Shown piece by piece: positions 1 through 10,218 of a DNA stretch of 64,000 nucleotides. How positions within the stretch are numbered: the stretch's first letter is position 1; every line of letters begins with the position of its first letter. Position numbers and translations under genes: made by a program. The DNA comes from Polyangiales bacterium. Lineage in GTDB: Bacteria > Myxococcota_A > Polyangia > Polyangiales > JADJQN01. The notes beneath the pieces are model-generated. The model was not told where the DNA came from, ran no database searches, and saw only the letters and a list, made by a program, of their open reading frames with translations. The stretch is from NCBI GenBank assembly GCA_964202905.1, contig CAXNJO010000004.1, positions 192,001 to 256,000 of the forward strand, given 5' to 3'.

Positions 1-1153
1 CGAGCACGAGCGCATCGGCCCCTTGGGCAGCGGCGTAGTGGTCGTCCGCGAGCTCGATGCGGTCACCGTACCGCTCGCGCGCCGGGCCCGCGGCCTCCGG
101 ATCGTGCGCGGAGACGGTCGCGCCCGCCTCGAGGAGGGCGTCGATCAGCGCGAGGCTCGGCGACTCGCGGATGTCGTCCGTGCGCGGCTTGAACGCGATG
201 CCCCACACGGCGACGCGCTGGCCGCGGAGGTCGCCGAGATGCGCCCGCAGTTTCTGGAAGAGCACGGTCTTCTGCCGCCGGTTCACCTTGTCGGTGACGT
301 CGGCGAGTTCGAGCTCCACGCCATGCTCGCGCGCCGTGTGCACCAGCGCAGTCACGTCCTTCGGGAAGCAGGAGCCCCCGTAGCCGGGGCCGCTGTAGAG
401 GAACTTGCCGCCGATCCGCGCGTCGCTGCCGACGCCGATGCGCACGCTGTGCACGTCCGCGCCGACCTTGTCGCAGAGACCCGCGATCTCGTTCATGAAC
501 GAGATGCGCATCGCGAGCATCGTGTTCGCGACGTACTTCGTGAGTTCGGCGCTCGTGGGGTCCATCCACACGAGGCGATCGCGGTCGAGGCAGAGCGGAT
601 GGTAGAGGCGCGCCATGATGTCGCGCGCGAAGGTGTCGTCGGCGTCGACGCCGACCACGATGCGGTCCGGCCGGAGGAAGTCGTTGACCGCGTCGCCCTC
701 CTTGAGGAACTCGGGGTTGGAGACGACGTGCACCTTGTGCCGCGCCCCGGCGACGATCGCCTTGAGCCGGGCGTTGGTGCCGACGGGGACGGTGCTCTTC
801 GCGACGAGGACGACCTCGCGCTCCGCGCGCTCCGCGACGAGCCGCGCGACGGCCTCGACCGCGCTGAGGTCGGCGCCGCCATCCGGGCGCGGCGGGGTGC
901 CCACGCCGATGAAGATGACGTGCGCGGAGGCGATCGCGGCGCCGACGTCCGAGGAGAACGTGAGCCGCTTTCCCTTCACGTTCCGCGCGACGAGGTCCTC
1001 GAGACCGGGCTCGAAGATCGGGATCTCCCCGGCCCGGAGCCGCTCGATCTTGTTCGCGTCGATGTCGGCGCAGACGACCTCGTTGCCCGTCTCGGCGAAG
1101 CCCGGACCCGATACGAGCCCGACGTAGCCAGACCCCACCATGCAGATGCGCAT
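1..1153 (-). CDS. ugd: UDP-glucose/GDP-mannose 6-dehydrogenase (3' end outside window)
   Basis: Manual translation from ATG 1153: MRICMVGSGYVGLV...IPIFEPGL...IFIGVGTP...KSTVPVGT...SNPEFLKEG...GYGGSCFPKD...AFKPRTDDIRESP. Not in the ORF track because it is truncated. Confidence 0.95.
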   Translation of the reverse strand, partial: MRICMVGSGYVGLVSGPGFAETGNEVVCADIDANKIERLRAGEIPIFEPGLEDLVARNVKGKRLTFSSDVGAAIASAHVIFIGVGTPPRPDGGADLSAVEAVARLVAERAEREVVLVAKSTVPVGTNARLKAIVAGARHKVHVVSNPEFLKEGDAVNDFLRPDRIVVGVDADDTFARDIMARLYHPLCLDRDRLVWMDPTSAELTKYVANTMLAMRISFMNEIAGLCDKVGADVHSVRIGVGSDARIGGKFLYSGPGYGGSCFPKDVTALVHTAREHGVELELADVTDKVNRRQKTVLFQKLRAHLGDLRGQRVAVWGIAFKPRTDDIRESPSLALIDALLEAGATVSAHDPEAAGPARERYGDRIELADDHYAAAQGADALVL

Positions 1154-1315
1154 CGACGTTCCCTCGTTGCTCGACGCCCGCGACCCGGCGCGCGGCCGGA
1201 GGCGTAGCGATGTTTGACGCTCGCGGCAACGGATGCGCGCCACCCGCCGACCCACGTCGCGCATCCCGCCTCGGACGCGTCGACCCCCGCGTCGGCGCCT
1301 GCGGCGCCGCTCAGT

Positions 1316-2095
1316 TCAGCCCGCGCCCACCCATTTGCACATGACGACGGTGACGTTGTCAGGTCCGCCGTTCGCGTTCGCGCGCTCGATGAGCCGGCTG
1401 CATGCGGCCCGGAGCTCAGGGGTCGTGCGGAGGACTTCGGCGATCTCCTCGTCGGAGACCGGACCGCTCAGCCCATCTGAACAAAGCATGTAGATGTCGC
1501 CGGGCCTCGGCGGGTCGACGATGGTGTCGACCTTCACCGAGTCCTTCATCCCGAGGGCCCGAACGATCACGTTCTTGTGCGGGAAGTTGGCGATCTCCTC
1601 TTCGGAGAGGCGCTTCATCTTGATGTAGTCGTTGAGCAGCGAGTGATCCTCGGTCAGCTGCTCGAGCTTGCCGTCACGCCAGCGGTACACGCGGCTGTCG
1701 CCGACGTGGCCGACGAGCACGCCGTCGTCGACGACGAGCATCGCCACGAGCGTGGTGCCCATCCCGCGCTGCTTGGCGTCGCGCTGGGCGCTCTCGAAGA
1801 TGCGCAGGTTCGCGAGTTTGACGCCCGTGATCAGGCGGTTTTCCTCGTAGCCTCGCGCTTTGTCCATCTTGTAGGGCCAGGTGCCCTCCGGATCGGCGCT
1901 CGTCGCTCGGAAGAAGTCGCGCAGGGTGTCGATCGCCATCTGGCTCGCCACCTCGCCGGACGCATGTCCGCCCATCCCGTCGGCCACGACGTACAGCTTC
2001 TCATCCTCGAGGACGGCGAAGTTGTCCTCGTTGTGGTTACGCTTCATGCCGACGTTGGTTTCGCCGGCTGCGAGGACACGCGCGTTCGAGCTCAC
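1316..2095 (-). CDS. PP2C/Stp1 family Ser/Thr protein phosphatase
   Basis: KRNHNED, VVADGMGGHASGEVAS, GMGTT, HVGDSRVY, LCSDGL and GGPDNVT motifs; GGAGG SD upstream. Confidence 0.95.
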   Translation of the reverse strand: MSSNARVLAAGETNVGMKRNHNEDNFAVLEDEKLYVVADGMGGHASGEVASQMAIDTLRDFFRATSADPEGTWPYKMDKARGYEENRLITGVKLANLRIFESAQRDAKQRGMGTTLVAMLVVDDGVLVGHVGDSRVYRWRDGKLEQLTEDHSLLNDYIKMKRLSEEEIANFPHKNVIVRALGMKDSVKVDTIVDPPRPGDIYMLCSDGLSGPVSDEEIAEVLRTTPELRAACSRLIERANANGGPDNVTVVMCKWVGAG

Positions 2096-2153
2096 GGCCG
2101 AAAAACCTCCAGAATCACGGGGCCCTCAAGCTACCCCGGCGCACGGGCGTTCG

Positions 2154-3149
2154 TCAAACGCCGCGAGCGGGGACGTCGATCACGCGCACGCGGGGACCGA
2201 CGCGCAGGCGCAGCGGGCCGTTCACCTCGATGAGGTCGCCGTCCACCATCGCGCGGACGGCCGCGCCGGGCTGCGTCGGCCTGATCGTCGCGTCCCGCAC
2301 GAGCGCGTCGGCCGCAAGACCTGCGGGCAACGGTCGCCCTCGGTGGATCCGGGGAAGCATCCGGAGCGCCTGCGTCGCGCTCGCCCCGAGCGCGAGCAGG
2401 TGAAAGGCGTCGGCGCGCTCGAACGCTCGGCAAAAAGGGCGAAAACCGAGTCCCACCTGATCGACGGTGCCGGCCGCGACGGTGAGGTAGGGGCCGCTCC
2501 CCCAGGGCGTACCGTCCACGTCGAGCTCGAGCGACTCCCGCGCGACGAGGCGCGCGGCGAGCGGGCCGCGCACGACGATCGACCCCGCGATGCGCGCGAG
2601 CGTTCGGGCAGCGGTCCCCGGTGAGGGGTCGGGGCCGGCGGCGTAGTACTCGTCGAGGAAGCTGCGAAACACGCCCGTCCCGAACAGGAAGCCGAGGCGG
2701 CCGGCGACGTCGATCGTGGCGCGCTCGTGGAACGAGAGCGCCTCACCGTCGCGGGCAGCACGGACGAGGCGGCGGAGCAGCACGTCCGGGGCGAGACGCG
2801 GCACGCCGAGCGCATCGGCCACGGTGTTCATGGTCCCGGCGCGCAAGAGCGCGAGCGCCGGAAGCGCCTGCTCGCCGTAGGCCCGCGCGAAGCCGGTGAG
2901 CGTCACGGTGTTGCTCCCGTCGCCGCCCGCCACGGCCAGCACCGCGATGCGGGCTTCGCGGAATTCGAGGGCGATATCGTTGAGTTCCGCGAGGTCGCGG
3001 GCCTCGCGCACGAGCGCGTGCGTGCCCGCGGCCGCCCGCAGGCGCGCGAGGACCTGCGGATCGCGCCGCAGCGAGCGGGCCCGGGGGTTCACGACGACGC
3101 CGAGGGTCGGGCGCGTGGGGTCGAGCGTGATCGACGCGGCGTCGGGCAT
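2154..3149 (-). CDS. Diacylglycerol/lipid kinase family protein
   Basis: VVVNP, AGGDGS, AGTMNTVA and VDGD motifs; start moved to ATG 3149 within the long ORF. Confidence 0.85.
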   Translation of the reverse strand: MPDAASITLDPTRPTLGVVVNPRARSLRRDPQVLARLRAAAGTHALVREARDLAELNDIALEFREARIAVLAVAGGDGSNTVTLTGFARAYGEQALPALALLRAGTMNTVADALGVPRLAPDVLLRRLVRAARDGEALSFHERATIDVAGRLGFLFGTGVFRSFLDEYYAAGPDPSPGTAARTLARIAGSIVVRGPLAARLVARESLELDVDGTPWGSGPYLTVAAGTVDQVGLGFRPFCRAFERADAFHLLALGASATQALRMLPRIHRGRPLPAGLAADALVRDATIRPTQPGAAVRAMVDGDLIEVNGPLRLRVGPRVRVIDVPARGV

Positions 3150-3187
3150 CGGCAGGCGGCGGACCCTATCACCGGCGCGCCGAAGTG

Positions 3188-3216
3188 TTGACCCTCCCCG
3201 CAGGGACGCGTAGCCA
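3188..3216 (+). promoter_or_regulatory. Putative sigma70 promoter TTGACC-N17-TAGCCA, 6 nt before ATG 3223
   Basis: Hexamers and spacing read directly; no SD present. Confidence 0.45.
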
Positions 3217-3222
3217 TGCTCC

Positions 3223-4200
3223 ATGCGCGCGATGCTGTTCGCGGCGGGGCTGGGGACCCGACTGCGCCCGCTCACCGACGAGCGACCGAAGCCGACGGTA
3301 CCCGTCGCCAACCGGCCGCTCGCCGCGCTCGCGCTCGCGCACCTCGCGCACGCCGGCGTGCGGCGCGTCGTCGTCAACACCCACCACCTCGGTGCGGAAC
3401 TTCCCGGCCTGCTCGCGCCGCACACGCCGCCGGGGCTCGACGTCCGATACGTCCACGAGGCACGCCTGCTCGGGACGGGCGGCGGACTGCGGCACGCGGC
3501 ACGGGCGCTCCTCGTGGGCGCCGACGACGACGAACTCGTCGTGGTGATGAACGGGGACGTCGTGTTCGCGCCCGATCTGGCGCGCGCCATCGCGCACCAC
3601 CGCGCGATCGACGCGATCGCGACGATGATCGTGCGCGCGACGCCGGGCAGCGACGGACATGGCGCCGTCGAGATCGACGTGCGCAGCGGACGCGTCGGGC
3701 GTCTCCACCAGCGACCGGTGGCGGCGCCGCCCGGCCTCGTGCCGGTGACCTTCACCGGGGTGCACGTGTTGTCGCGGCGGGCGTTCGCGGATCTGCCGGA
3801 AGAGGGCTGCATCGCGCGCGCCGCGTACCGCCGCTGGATCGACACGGGCGAGCGCGTGGGCGCGGTGCTCGACGAGTCCCCGTGGCGTGATCTCGGCACG
3901 CTGCGGGAGTACCTGGACGGCAATCTCGACCTCGCGTCGGGCGCCCTGCGCTCCCCCTATGTGGGGGTGGGGGCGGCGGGCTCCCTCATCGCCGCGGGGG
4001 TGCGCATCCACGCGAGCGCGTCCCTCCAGCGCTGCGTCGTCGGCGCGGGGGCCGTCGTCGGACCAGGCGTCCGGCTCGAGGGCGTGGTCGTCTGGGACGG
4101 AGCCTGCGTGATGCGCGACGCGCGGGACGCCGTCGTCACGCCGCGCGGCGTCGTGGACCTCGCGGACGCCGGGCTTGCGGCGGCGGCCTCGAGCGGCTAG
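3223..4200 (+). CDS. NDP-sugar pyrophosphorylase (mannose-1-phosphate guanylyltransferase-like) with C-terminal left-handed beta-helix
   Basis: AAGLGTRLRPLTDERPKP, LGTGGG, VMNGD, WRDLGT; hexapeptide-like tail. Confidence 0.9.
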   Translation: MRAMLFAAGLGTRLRPLTDERPKPTVPVANRPLAALALAHLAHAGVRRVVVNTHHLGAELPGLLAPHTPPGLDVRYVHEARLLGTGGGLRHAARALLVGADDDELVVVMNGDVVFAPDLARAIAHHRAIDAIATMIVRATPGSDGHGAVEIDVRSGRVGRLHQRPVAAPPGLVPVTFTGVHVLSRRAFADLPEEGCIARAAYRRWIDTGERVGAVLDESPWRDLGTLREYLDGNLDLASGALRSPYVGVGAAGSLIAAGVRIHASASLQRCVVGAGAVVGPGVRLEGVVVWDGACVMRDARDAVVTPRGVVDLADAGLAAAASSG

Positions 4201-4209
4201 CGAACCGGG

Positions 4210-4926
4210 ATGTCCGACGACACGGAGGCGCTGCGGCGCGCGCTGGTCGCCTACGCCGAGTGGGAGACCTTGATCGGTGGAGATGGCTGGCCCGCCGTCG
4301 ACCCGGCGTCGCGCACGCTCCGCTCGGCGGCACGGCTCGGGGCACCGGACGCCGAAGTGCCCGCGGACCGGCGCAAGACGCTCCTCGCGCTCGCGGAACA
4401 AGCGGCCTCCTGCACACGTTGCGCGCTTCACGCGGGCCGCGGATCGAGCGTGTTCGCGCGCGGCGACGAGGGCGCACGGGTCGTGTTCGTCGGGCCCGCG
4501 CCCGGCCGCGCCGAGGAGGCGAGCGGCGCGCCGATCGCCGGCGAAGCCGGCGCGCTGCTCGATCGGATGATCACGGCGATGGGCCTCACGCCCGAGTCCG
4601 TGTACATCTGCAGCGTCGTGAAGTGCGCGCTGCCCGATCCGCATGCGCTCGTCGCGGAGGCCCGCGAGGCGTGCGCTCCGTTTCTCGCGGCGCAGCTCGA
4701 GGCCGTCGGACCCGAGGTGATCGTGGCCCTCGGCGAGGACGCGGCCCAAGCGCTCGGGGACGCGAGCGCCGGACCGGGCGCGTGGCGCGGTGCGTGGACG
4801 GAATGGCGCGGGATCCCCGTCATGGCGACGCACGCGCCAAGCGAGGTCATCGAGACGCCCGCGTTGCGGCGCCCTGTCTGGGACGACCTGCAGGCGGTCA
4901 TGGCGCACCTCGGCCTGCGTCGGTAG
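4210..4926 (+). CDS. Uracil-DNA glycosylase family 4-like protein, degenerate active site
   Basis: CTRCALH, VFVGPAPG, VVKC, CAPFL, IVALG and THAPS segments. Confidence 0.85.
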   Translation: MSDDTEALRRALVAYAEWETLIGGDGWPAVDPASRTLRSAARLGAPDAEVPADRRKTLLALAEQAASCTRCALHAGRGSSVFARGDEGARVVFVGPAPGRAEEASGAPIAGEAGALLDRMITAMGLTPESVYICSVVKCALPDPHALVAEAREACAPFLAAQLEAVGPEVIVALGEDAAQALGDASAGPGAWRGAWTEWRGIPVMATHAPSEVIETPALRRPVWDDLQAVMAHLGLRR

Positions 4927-4959
4927 CCAAATCGCGGACGCGGACGCACAGTCCCCGCG

Positions 4960-6534
4960 ATGCCGCGCGCGACCGACGACGACGACCTGCTGCCCGGACT
5001 TCCGCCTCCCGATGGCGACGACGAAGAGAGCGCACCCCTCGCCGGTCTCGACGAGCCGGACGAGCCGGACGGCGACGAATCCGTGGGCCTCGACACGACG
5101 GTCGGCGTCGACGCGGACGACGACGGACTCGACGTGGATCCCGACGAGTCTGCGACCTGGACGGCGGACGGTGACGACACGCCGGAACTCGACGATGGCG
5201 GTGAGGACTTCGGCGAGGAGGAGAGCGGCTGGACGGACGACGCGGGCACGGCCGTCGACGACGACGACGCGCTCTCCGGGGACGACGAGCCCGAGTTGGC
5301 CCCCTTGTCGGCAGACCGCGGCGAGGAGGGCGTGGATGAGCCGCCCGCCCGCAACGCGGACGACGACGACGACGCGGGCGACGACCTGCCGCCGAACGAT
5401 CGGCGCGACGCGGCCGAGGACGACGCCGACGATCTCGACCTCGCCGAGGAGGGGGAAGCCGGGCTCGACGAAGGCGTCGCGCCCGAGCACGGCGACCCGC
5501 TCCCGTCGCCGGGCTTCGACCCCGAGTCGGGGGACGTGCGCGTCACCCTCCATCACCTCGGTCCCGCGGATGACGCGCTGACGTGCGTCGTCGTGCGCGG
5601 CGAAGAGGTGCTGGCGGGGGGAACCGCGGGTTTGTATCACGCACGACTCGGCACCTCGCTGGCGTTGCGAATCGTCGATCCGGACGGAGAAGGGGTGACC
5701 TCACTCGCTCTCGAACAGGACGGTGCGGGGCGTATCGCAGTCGGTACACGGCTCGCGGGGGTGCGGATCTCGCGAGATGGCGGAATCACTTTTGAGCCCG
5801 CCAACGGTTGGCAGCGGCGATCGGGGGATGTCGAGGTCGCGCTTTACGTGGCCGGCGAAGCGCACCCCGACGGCACCCGCCTCTGGGCGCGGACGCGCTC
5901 GGGGGCGCTCTATCGGAGCGAGGCTTTCGGGGACGACTGGGTGGGGCCGCTCCTGCTCGGCGGGGCCCGCGGTATCGCTGTCGATACAGGCGGGGGAGGG
6001 GTGCTCGCGCTCACCACGGCCCGCGGTACAGCGCAGCTCGCGCGCTCCACGGATGGCGGCGCGCGCTGGATCATGCGTGATGCGCCCCCGGATCCGGCAG
6101 GCGCCGGTGGCGTCGGGGAGACGCCTTCACTGGCCGTGCTCGGGACGGCGATCACCCTCGCGTACCCCGGGGACCCTGAGGGGCCGCGCCTCTCGATGGA
6201 CGGCGGCGTGACCTGGTCGAGCCTGCCCGAGCTCCGCGGCGCAGGCCCGCTCGCGCTCGCGCAGGAGGACGGCGAGGTCGTTCTCTACGCGGGCGTGTTC
6301 TTCGCGGGCGCCGATCGCGGCGTCGTCGTGCGGCGCGGCGCCGATGGACGCACGACGTTGCTGCTCGAGGTCGCCGCCGAGCGTCGGGCGCGCGTGATCG
6401 AGGCGCTCGGCGATCCGGAGGGCGACAACCGCGTGCTCGCGCTCGACGTGCGCGTGGATGCGTCGGTGACGCGGGTGTTCGCGGCAACGGGCGCGGGTTT
6501 GTTTCGGCTGACGCGCGTCCGGCCGGGACGCTGA
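4960..6534 (+). CDS. Hypothetical protein: about 190-aa Asp/Glu-rich N-terminus plus BNR/Asp-box beta-propeller
   Basis: Asp-boxes SRDGGITF, STDGGARW, SMDGGVTW; no signal peptide. Confidence 0.75.
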   Translation: MPRATDDDDLLPGLPPPDGDDEESAPLAGLDEPDEPDGDESVGLDTTVGVDADDDGLDVDPDESATWTADGDDTPELDDGGEDFGEEESGWTDDAGTAVDDDDALSGDDEPELAPLSADRGEEGVDEPPARNADDDDDAGDDLPPNDRRDAAEDDADDLDLAEEGEAGLDEGVAPEHGDPLPSPGFDPESGDVRVTLHHLGPADDALTCVVVRGEEVLAGGTAGLYHARLGTSLALRIVDPDGEGVTSLALEQDGAGRIAVGTRLAGVRISRDGGITFEPANGWQRRSGDVEVALYVAGEAHPDGTRLWARTRSGALYRSEAFGDDWVGPLLLGGARGIAVDTGGGGVLALTTARGTAQLARSTDGGARWIMRDAPPDPAGAGGVGETPSLAVLGTAITLAYPGDPEGPRLSMDGGVTWSSLPELRGAGPLALAQEDGEVVLYAGVFFAGADRGVVVRRGADGRTTLLLEVAAERRARVIEALGDPEGDNRVLALDVRVDASVTRVFAATGAGLFRLTRVRPGR

Positions 6535-6547
6535 GGCGCGCGGCACG

Positions 6548-8323
6548 ATGGGGGCACCCGCGAACGAGTGGCTCGACGCGCTCCGCGCAGGCACGGGGGC
6601 GGGCGACGTGCCGCTGCTCCGCCGCGGCCTCGGGCTGGCGGAGGATGCCGGAGACCTCGAGCTCGCCCGCGCGCTCGTCGCGGCCGCGTCGAATGCGGCG
6701 CTCGCGGGGATCGCCTCCGACGGACCGGCGACCGGCAACGTGGCGACGCGCGCGGAGGTCGTGTCGCCGCTCGCGGACGCGTCCTTCCTCGGTCGCCTCG
6801 GGGCGCTCGCGGGCGACCACGAGCGGCACACCGGCGTGCAGGCGATCGCAGACGTCCGCACCTTGGTCGCGGTGATGCACGCGGGCTCACTGCGCGTGCG
6901 CCGCGCGGCCGTGCGACGCCTCGTGCAGCTCGTCGGCGACCACGCGAAAGAGCGGCACGCGGACGAGCGCCGCTTCGTCATCGAGGCGCTCGGGGCGAGT
7001 CGCGACGTCGAGATCGTCTACGAGGTCTCCGAGGCGCTCGCGGCGCTTCCCGGTGCGGCCGGGCGAGCGGAGCGCGCGGCGCGCGAGGCGTTCGGCGCCG
7101 CGGTGGCGTCAGCGGAGCGCATCACGGCGCGTTTCTGGGAAGGCGAGACGCCGGACGACGCGTTCGGGGACCTCACGGGCGACGAGCGTGCGCTGCTCCT
7201 GATGCGCGTGCGCGACCTGCCCGATCCGCTCGTGGACCACTTGTGCGCCGTGATCGAAGGGGCCGACGGGGTCACGTCGATCGAGGCGCGCCGCGCCCTC
7301 GTCGCGGCCCTGCGGCACGCGGGCGATCCGCGCCTCGTTCCATCCCTCGGCGCCGCGCTGGCCGGCACGGACGCGTCGCTCGCGGTCGAGGCGGCGCGCG
7401 CGCTCCGACGCATCGACGACGCACGCGGCCTGCCGCTGCTGCGCATGGCCTTCGAGCGCAGCGTGGCGGAGACGTCGCGCGTCGTGCTCGCGGGCGCCCT
7501 CGGAGAGCACGGAGAGGCGCTCGGCGCGCCCTGGGTGCGCGGCCTCGTCGCCGTCCCGGACGAAGCGAGCCTGCCGGGCGTGCTCGAAGCCCTCGAGACG
7601 CTGGGGCGCCCGGAGGACGTCGAGCGCGTGGTCGTCTGGCTCGGGCACGCCGACGCACGCCTCGTCGCCTCCGCCGTGCGCACCCTCGGCTGTATCGGCG
7701 ACGCGCGCGCGCTCTTGGCGCTCGAGTCGCTCCGCACGCAGCCCGCGCACCTCGCGCTGCGCGCCGAGGTCGATACCGCCCTCGCGGCCGTGCGCGCGCG
7801 AATGGAGCTTCGCGGCGAAGAGGCGCCCCGCGCGGAGGTCTCGCGCGATGCGGCGGAGGCCGCCGCCGCGGCGGCGCGCTCGGCAGCGTCGAGCGACCCA
7901 GCCGTGGTGCGGATGCGGGCCGGCTGGGATGTGTTCGTCGGACACCTTCTCCTCGCGGCGCGGGCGACCGTGCGTGCCGTCGCGCGCTTCGAGGGGGCGG
8001 CCGCACGTCGACCGGGGTGGGCGGTGCCGCTGCTCGCGATCGGCACGACCTACGCAGGCTGCGGGGAGATCGCGCAGGCGATCGCCGCATTCCGCAGGGC
8101 GATCGCCGCCGATAGGGCCGCGATCGAGCGGCGCCCGCTCGCGGTCCGATCGCTCGCGCGCTGCTTCCTGGCACGCGCGGACGAGCTCGAGCGCGATGGC
8201 CGCACCGACATCGCCCGCGGTCTGCTCGCCGAACTCGGCGCCCTCGATCTGCGGCTCGCGGAGTCTTCCATGCGCTTCGAGGTGGGGCGTCGGCACGAGG
8301 CCCTCCGCAGGGAGGCGCCGTGA
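6548..8323 (+). CDS. HEAT-repeat protein with C-terminal TPR-like helices
   Basis: Repeats of the type AARALRRIDDARGLPLL and AVRTLGCIGDARALLAL; TPR-like AQAIAAFRRAIAAD. Confidence 0.75.
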   Translation: MGAPANEWLDALRAGTGAGDVPLLRRGLGLAEDAGDLELARALVAAASNAALAGIASDGPATGNVATRAEVVSPLADASFLGRLGALAGDHERHTGVQAIADVRTLVAVMHAGSLRVRRAAVRRLVQLVGDHAKERHADERRFVIEALGASRDVEIVYEVSEALAALPGAAGRAERAAREAFGAAVASAERITARFWEGETPDDAFGDLTGDERALLLMRVRDLPDPLVDHLCAVIEGADGVTSIEARRALVAALRHAGDPRLVPSLGAALAGTDASLAVEAARALRRIDDARGLPLLRMAFERSVAETSRVVLAGALGEHGEALGAPWVRGLVAVPDEASLPGVLEALETLGRPEDVERVVVWLGHADARLVASAVRTLGCIGDARALLALESLRTQPAHLALRAEVDTALAAVRARMELRGEEAPRAEVSRDAAEAAAAAARSAASSDPAVVRMRAGWDVFVGHLLLAARATVRAVARFEGAAARRPGWAVPLLAIGTTYAGCGEIAQAIAAFRRAIAADRAAIERRPLAVRSLARCFLARADELERDGRTDIARGLLAELGALDLRLAESSMRFEVGRRHEALRREAP

Positions 8324-9645
8324 GCGCGGACGCGGGACGACCCGCGGTTCGTCGCGTGCTCGTCGAGGCAGGCGAGGGCGTCCGACGCGCGACGCTCGAT
8401 GTCGTCACCGGCGCCGATGACGCTGCGCTCGTCTCGGTCGCCGCTGGCGGCGCGCGCGTCCGCGTCGTGTGCAGCTGCGGGGGCGCGCCGACGTGCGCGC
8501 ACGCGCGCTTCGCGCTCGACTGGCTCGATGCGGACGCCGCGCGCGGACCGTTGGATGCCGCGAACCGGCCTCCCGTCGCGGGCACGGGGGCCGTCGAGAC
8601 GGGGGGCATCCGCGGCCCGGAGACGCAGCGACCTCCCGGGAAGGAGACGCTGCGCCCCCCCGCGGGGCATGCGCGCGCCACCGGTCTCGCCACCGCCCTC
8701 GACGATCTGGTGACCACCGTCGTGCGCGCAGGCGTCGATGCGGCCGCAGGGACGCCTAGCCTCGACGAGGCGATCCGGCGCGTCGTCGCTGCAGCCCCGG
8801 CACCTCTGCCGGCGTCCGTCGGTCGCGTGACGGGGCGGCTCGTCGAGGCCCTCGTGGCCCGTGACGCGGGGTGCGTCGCACGACTTTGTCACGGCCTCGC
8901 AGGCTTCGCCGACGCGCTCCGACGGGGCGACGCTGCGGCCGCCTACGCGTGGCTCGGTGCAGCGGGTGCGGCGGCCCTCGATCCGGCGCTGCGGAGTGCG
9001 CCGGACGCCGAGCCCCACGTTCCGGGAAGCGCGCGCCTCGTCGACGTGCGCCTCGTCGAGGTTGCGCGAGAGTGGGTCTCGACGCTCGACCGTGCGGGCC
9101 TCGAGCGGCGCTACCTCGCGGCACCTTCCACGGGGATGGTGTACCGCGAGGAGCGCGTGCGCGGACAGGCGGCGCCGTCTCTGGGGCCGTGTCCCCGTGT
9201 CCTCGACGTCGCGCTCGCCGAGGTCGAACCAGGGCCGGCACCGCAGCGCGTGCACCTCCTCCAGTACGAGGTCGCGCTGACGGGAGCCCCGGAGACCTTC
9301 ACCCATGTCGTGGAAGAGGGGCTCCGCGGGTTCGCCGGCCTCCGTTCGGCGTTCCGCGCGGCGGTCGCGGCGTCCCCCGCGCTCGCGGAGCCCTTCGTCG
9401 GCGTCCAACCGCGCACCGTCGAGCGCGCCGACGGGCGCGTGTTCCTCGTCGATGGCGACGGCGTGCGGCTCCCGCTCGCCGCCGAGCCTCCTGCGGCTGC
9501 CGATGCGCTGCTTGCCCTCGACGCGGGAGCGCCGCCACGACTCGTCTACGGCCGCCTTCTCACGGAGCGGGGCAGCCTCGCGCTCGCGCCGCTCAGCGCC
9601 ATCGTCGGGCCGCGCGAGCACATGCGGCTGCGCCGGCTCGCGTAG
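8320..9645 (+). CDS. SWIM zinc-finger protein
   Basis: CSCGGAPTCAH (CxC-x5-CxH); GTGA overlap with the upstream gene. Confidence 0.7.
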   Translation: MSADAGRPAVRRVLVEAGEGVRRATLDVVTGADDAALVSVAAGGARVRVVCSCGGAPTCAHARFALDWLDADAARGPLDAANRPPVAGTGAVETGGIRGPETQRPPGKETLRPPAGHARATGLATALDDLVTTVVRAGVDAAAGTPSLDEAIRRVVAAAPAPLPASVGRVTGRLVEALVARDAGCVARLCHGLAGFADALRRGDAAAAYAWLGAAGAAALDPALRSAPDAEPHVPGSARLVDVRLVEVAREWVSTLDRAGLERRYLAAPSTGMVYREERVRGQAAPSLGPCPRVLDVALAEVEPGPAPQRVHLLQYEVALTGAPETFTHVVEEGLRGFAGLRSAFRAAVAASPALAEPFVGVQPRTVERADGRVFLVDGDGVRLPLAAEPPAAADALLALDAGAPPRLVYGRLLTERGSLALAPLSAIVGPREHMRLRRLA

Positions 9646-9655
9646 CGCGCGCTTC

Positions 9656-9684
9656 TTGACCCCCGCGGGCCGGTTGGCCACTCT
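9656..9684 (+). promoter_or_regulatory. Putative sigma70 promoter TTGACC-N17-CACTCT, 6 nt before ATG 9691
   Basis: Read directly; no SD present. Confidence 0.5.
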
Positions 9685-9690
9685 GCGCGA

Positions 9691-10098
9691 ATGTCCGATC
9701 GGAAGGTACGCATTCTCGTCGCGAAGCCGGGCCTCGACGGCCACGACCGAGGGGCCAAGGTCGTCGCGCGTGCGCTCCGCGACGCGGGCTTCGAGGTCAT
9801 CTACACGGGCTTGCACCAGACCCCGGAGATGATCGCCGCCGCCGCCGTCCAGGAGGACGTCGACGCGGTCGGCCTGTCGATCATGTCGGGCGCGCACAAC
9901 ACGCTTTTCCCGGCGGTCGTCGATGCGCTCCGCGCGCGCGGGGCCAACGACGTCGTCGTCTTCGGCGGCGGGATCATCCCGGACGAGGACTTCCCCCGCC
10001 TCGAGCAGGCCGGTGTCACCGGGATCTTCACGCCCGGTACGCCGCTCGCGGACATCGTGCGCTGGGTCGGTGAGCGCGTGCCGACGCGGGCGATCTGA
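9691..10098 (+). CDS. Cobalamin-binding subunit of methylmalonyl-CoA mutase-like enzyme
   Basis: [10 protein letters not shown] (DxHxxG), [22 protein letters not shown]. Confidence 0.95.
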   Translation: MSDRKVRILVAKPGLDGHDRGAKVVARALRDAGFEVIYTGLHQTPEMIAAAAVQEDVDAVGLSIMSGAHNTLFPAVVDALRARGANDVVVFGGGIIPDEDFPRLEQAGVTGIFTPGTPLADIVRWVGERVPTRAI

Positions 10099-10218
10099 CC
10101 CCCGGGCCCCGGCGCCTCGCGCGACCTGAGACGCGCGGACGCAGGTCGGTCGCGTGAGCGAGCACCGCGGCGCCGCGAACCGCTTGACGGACGGCCGCGC
10201 GGCTGAGAAACCCCGCGG

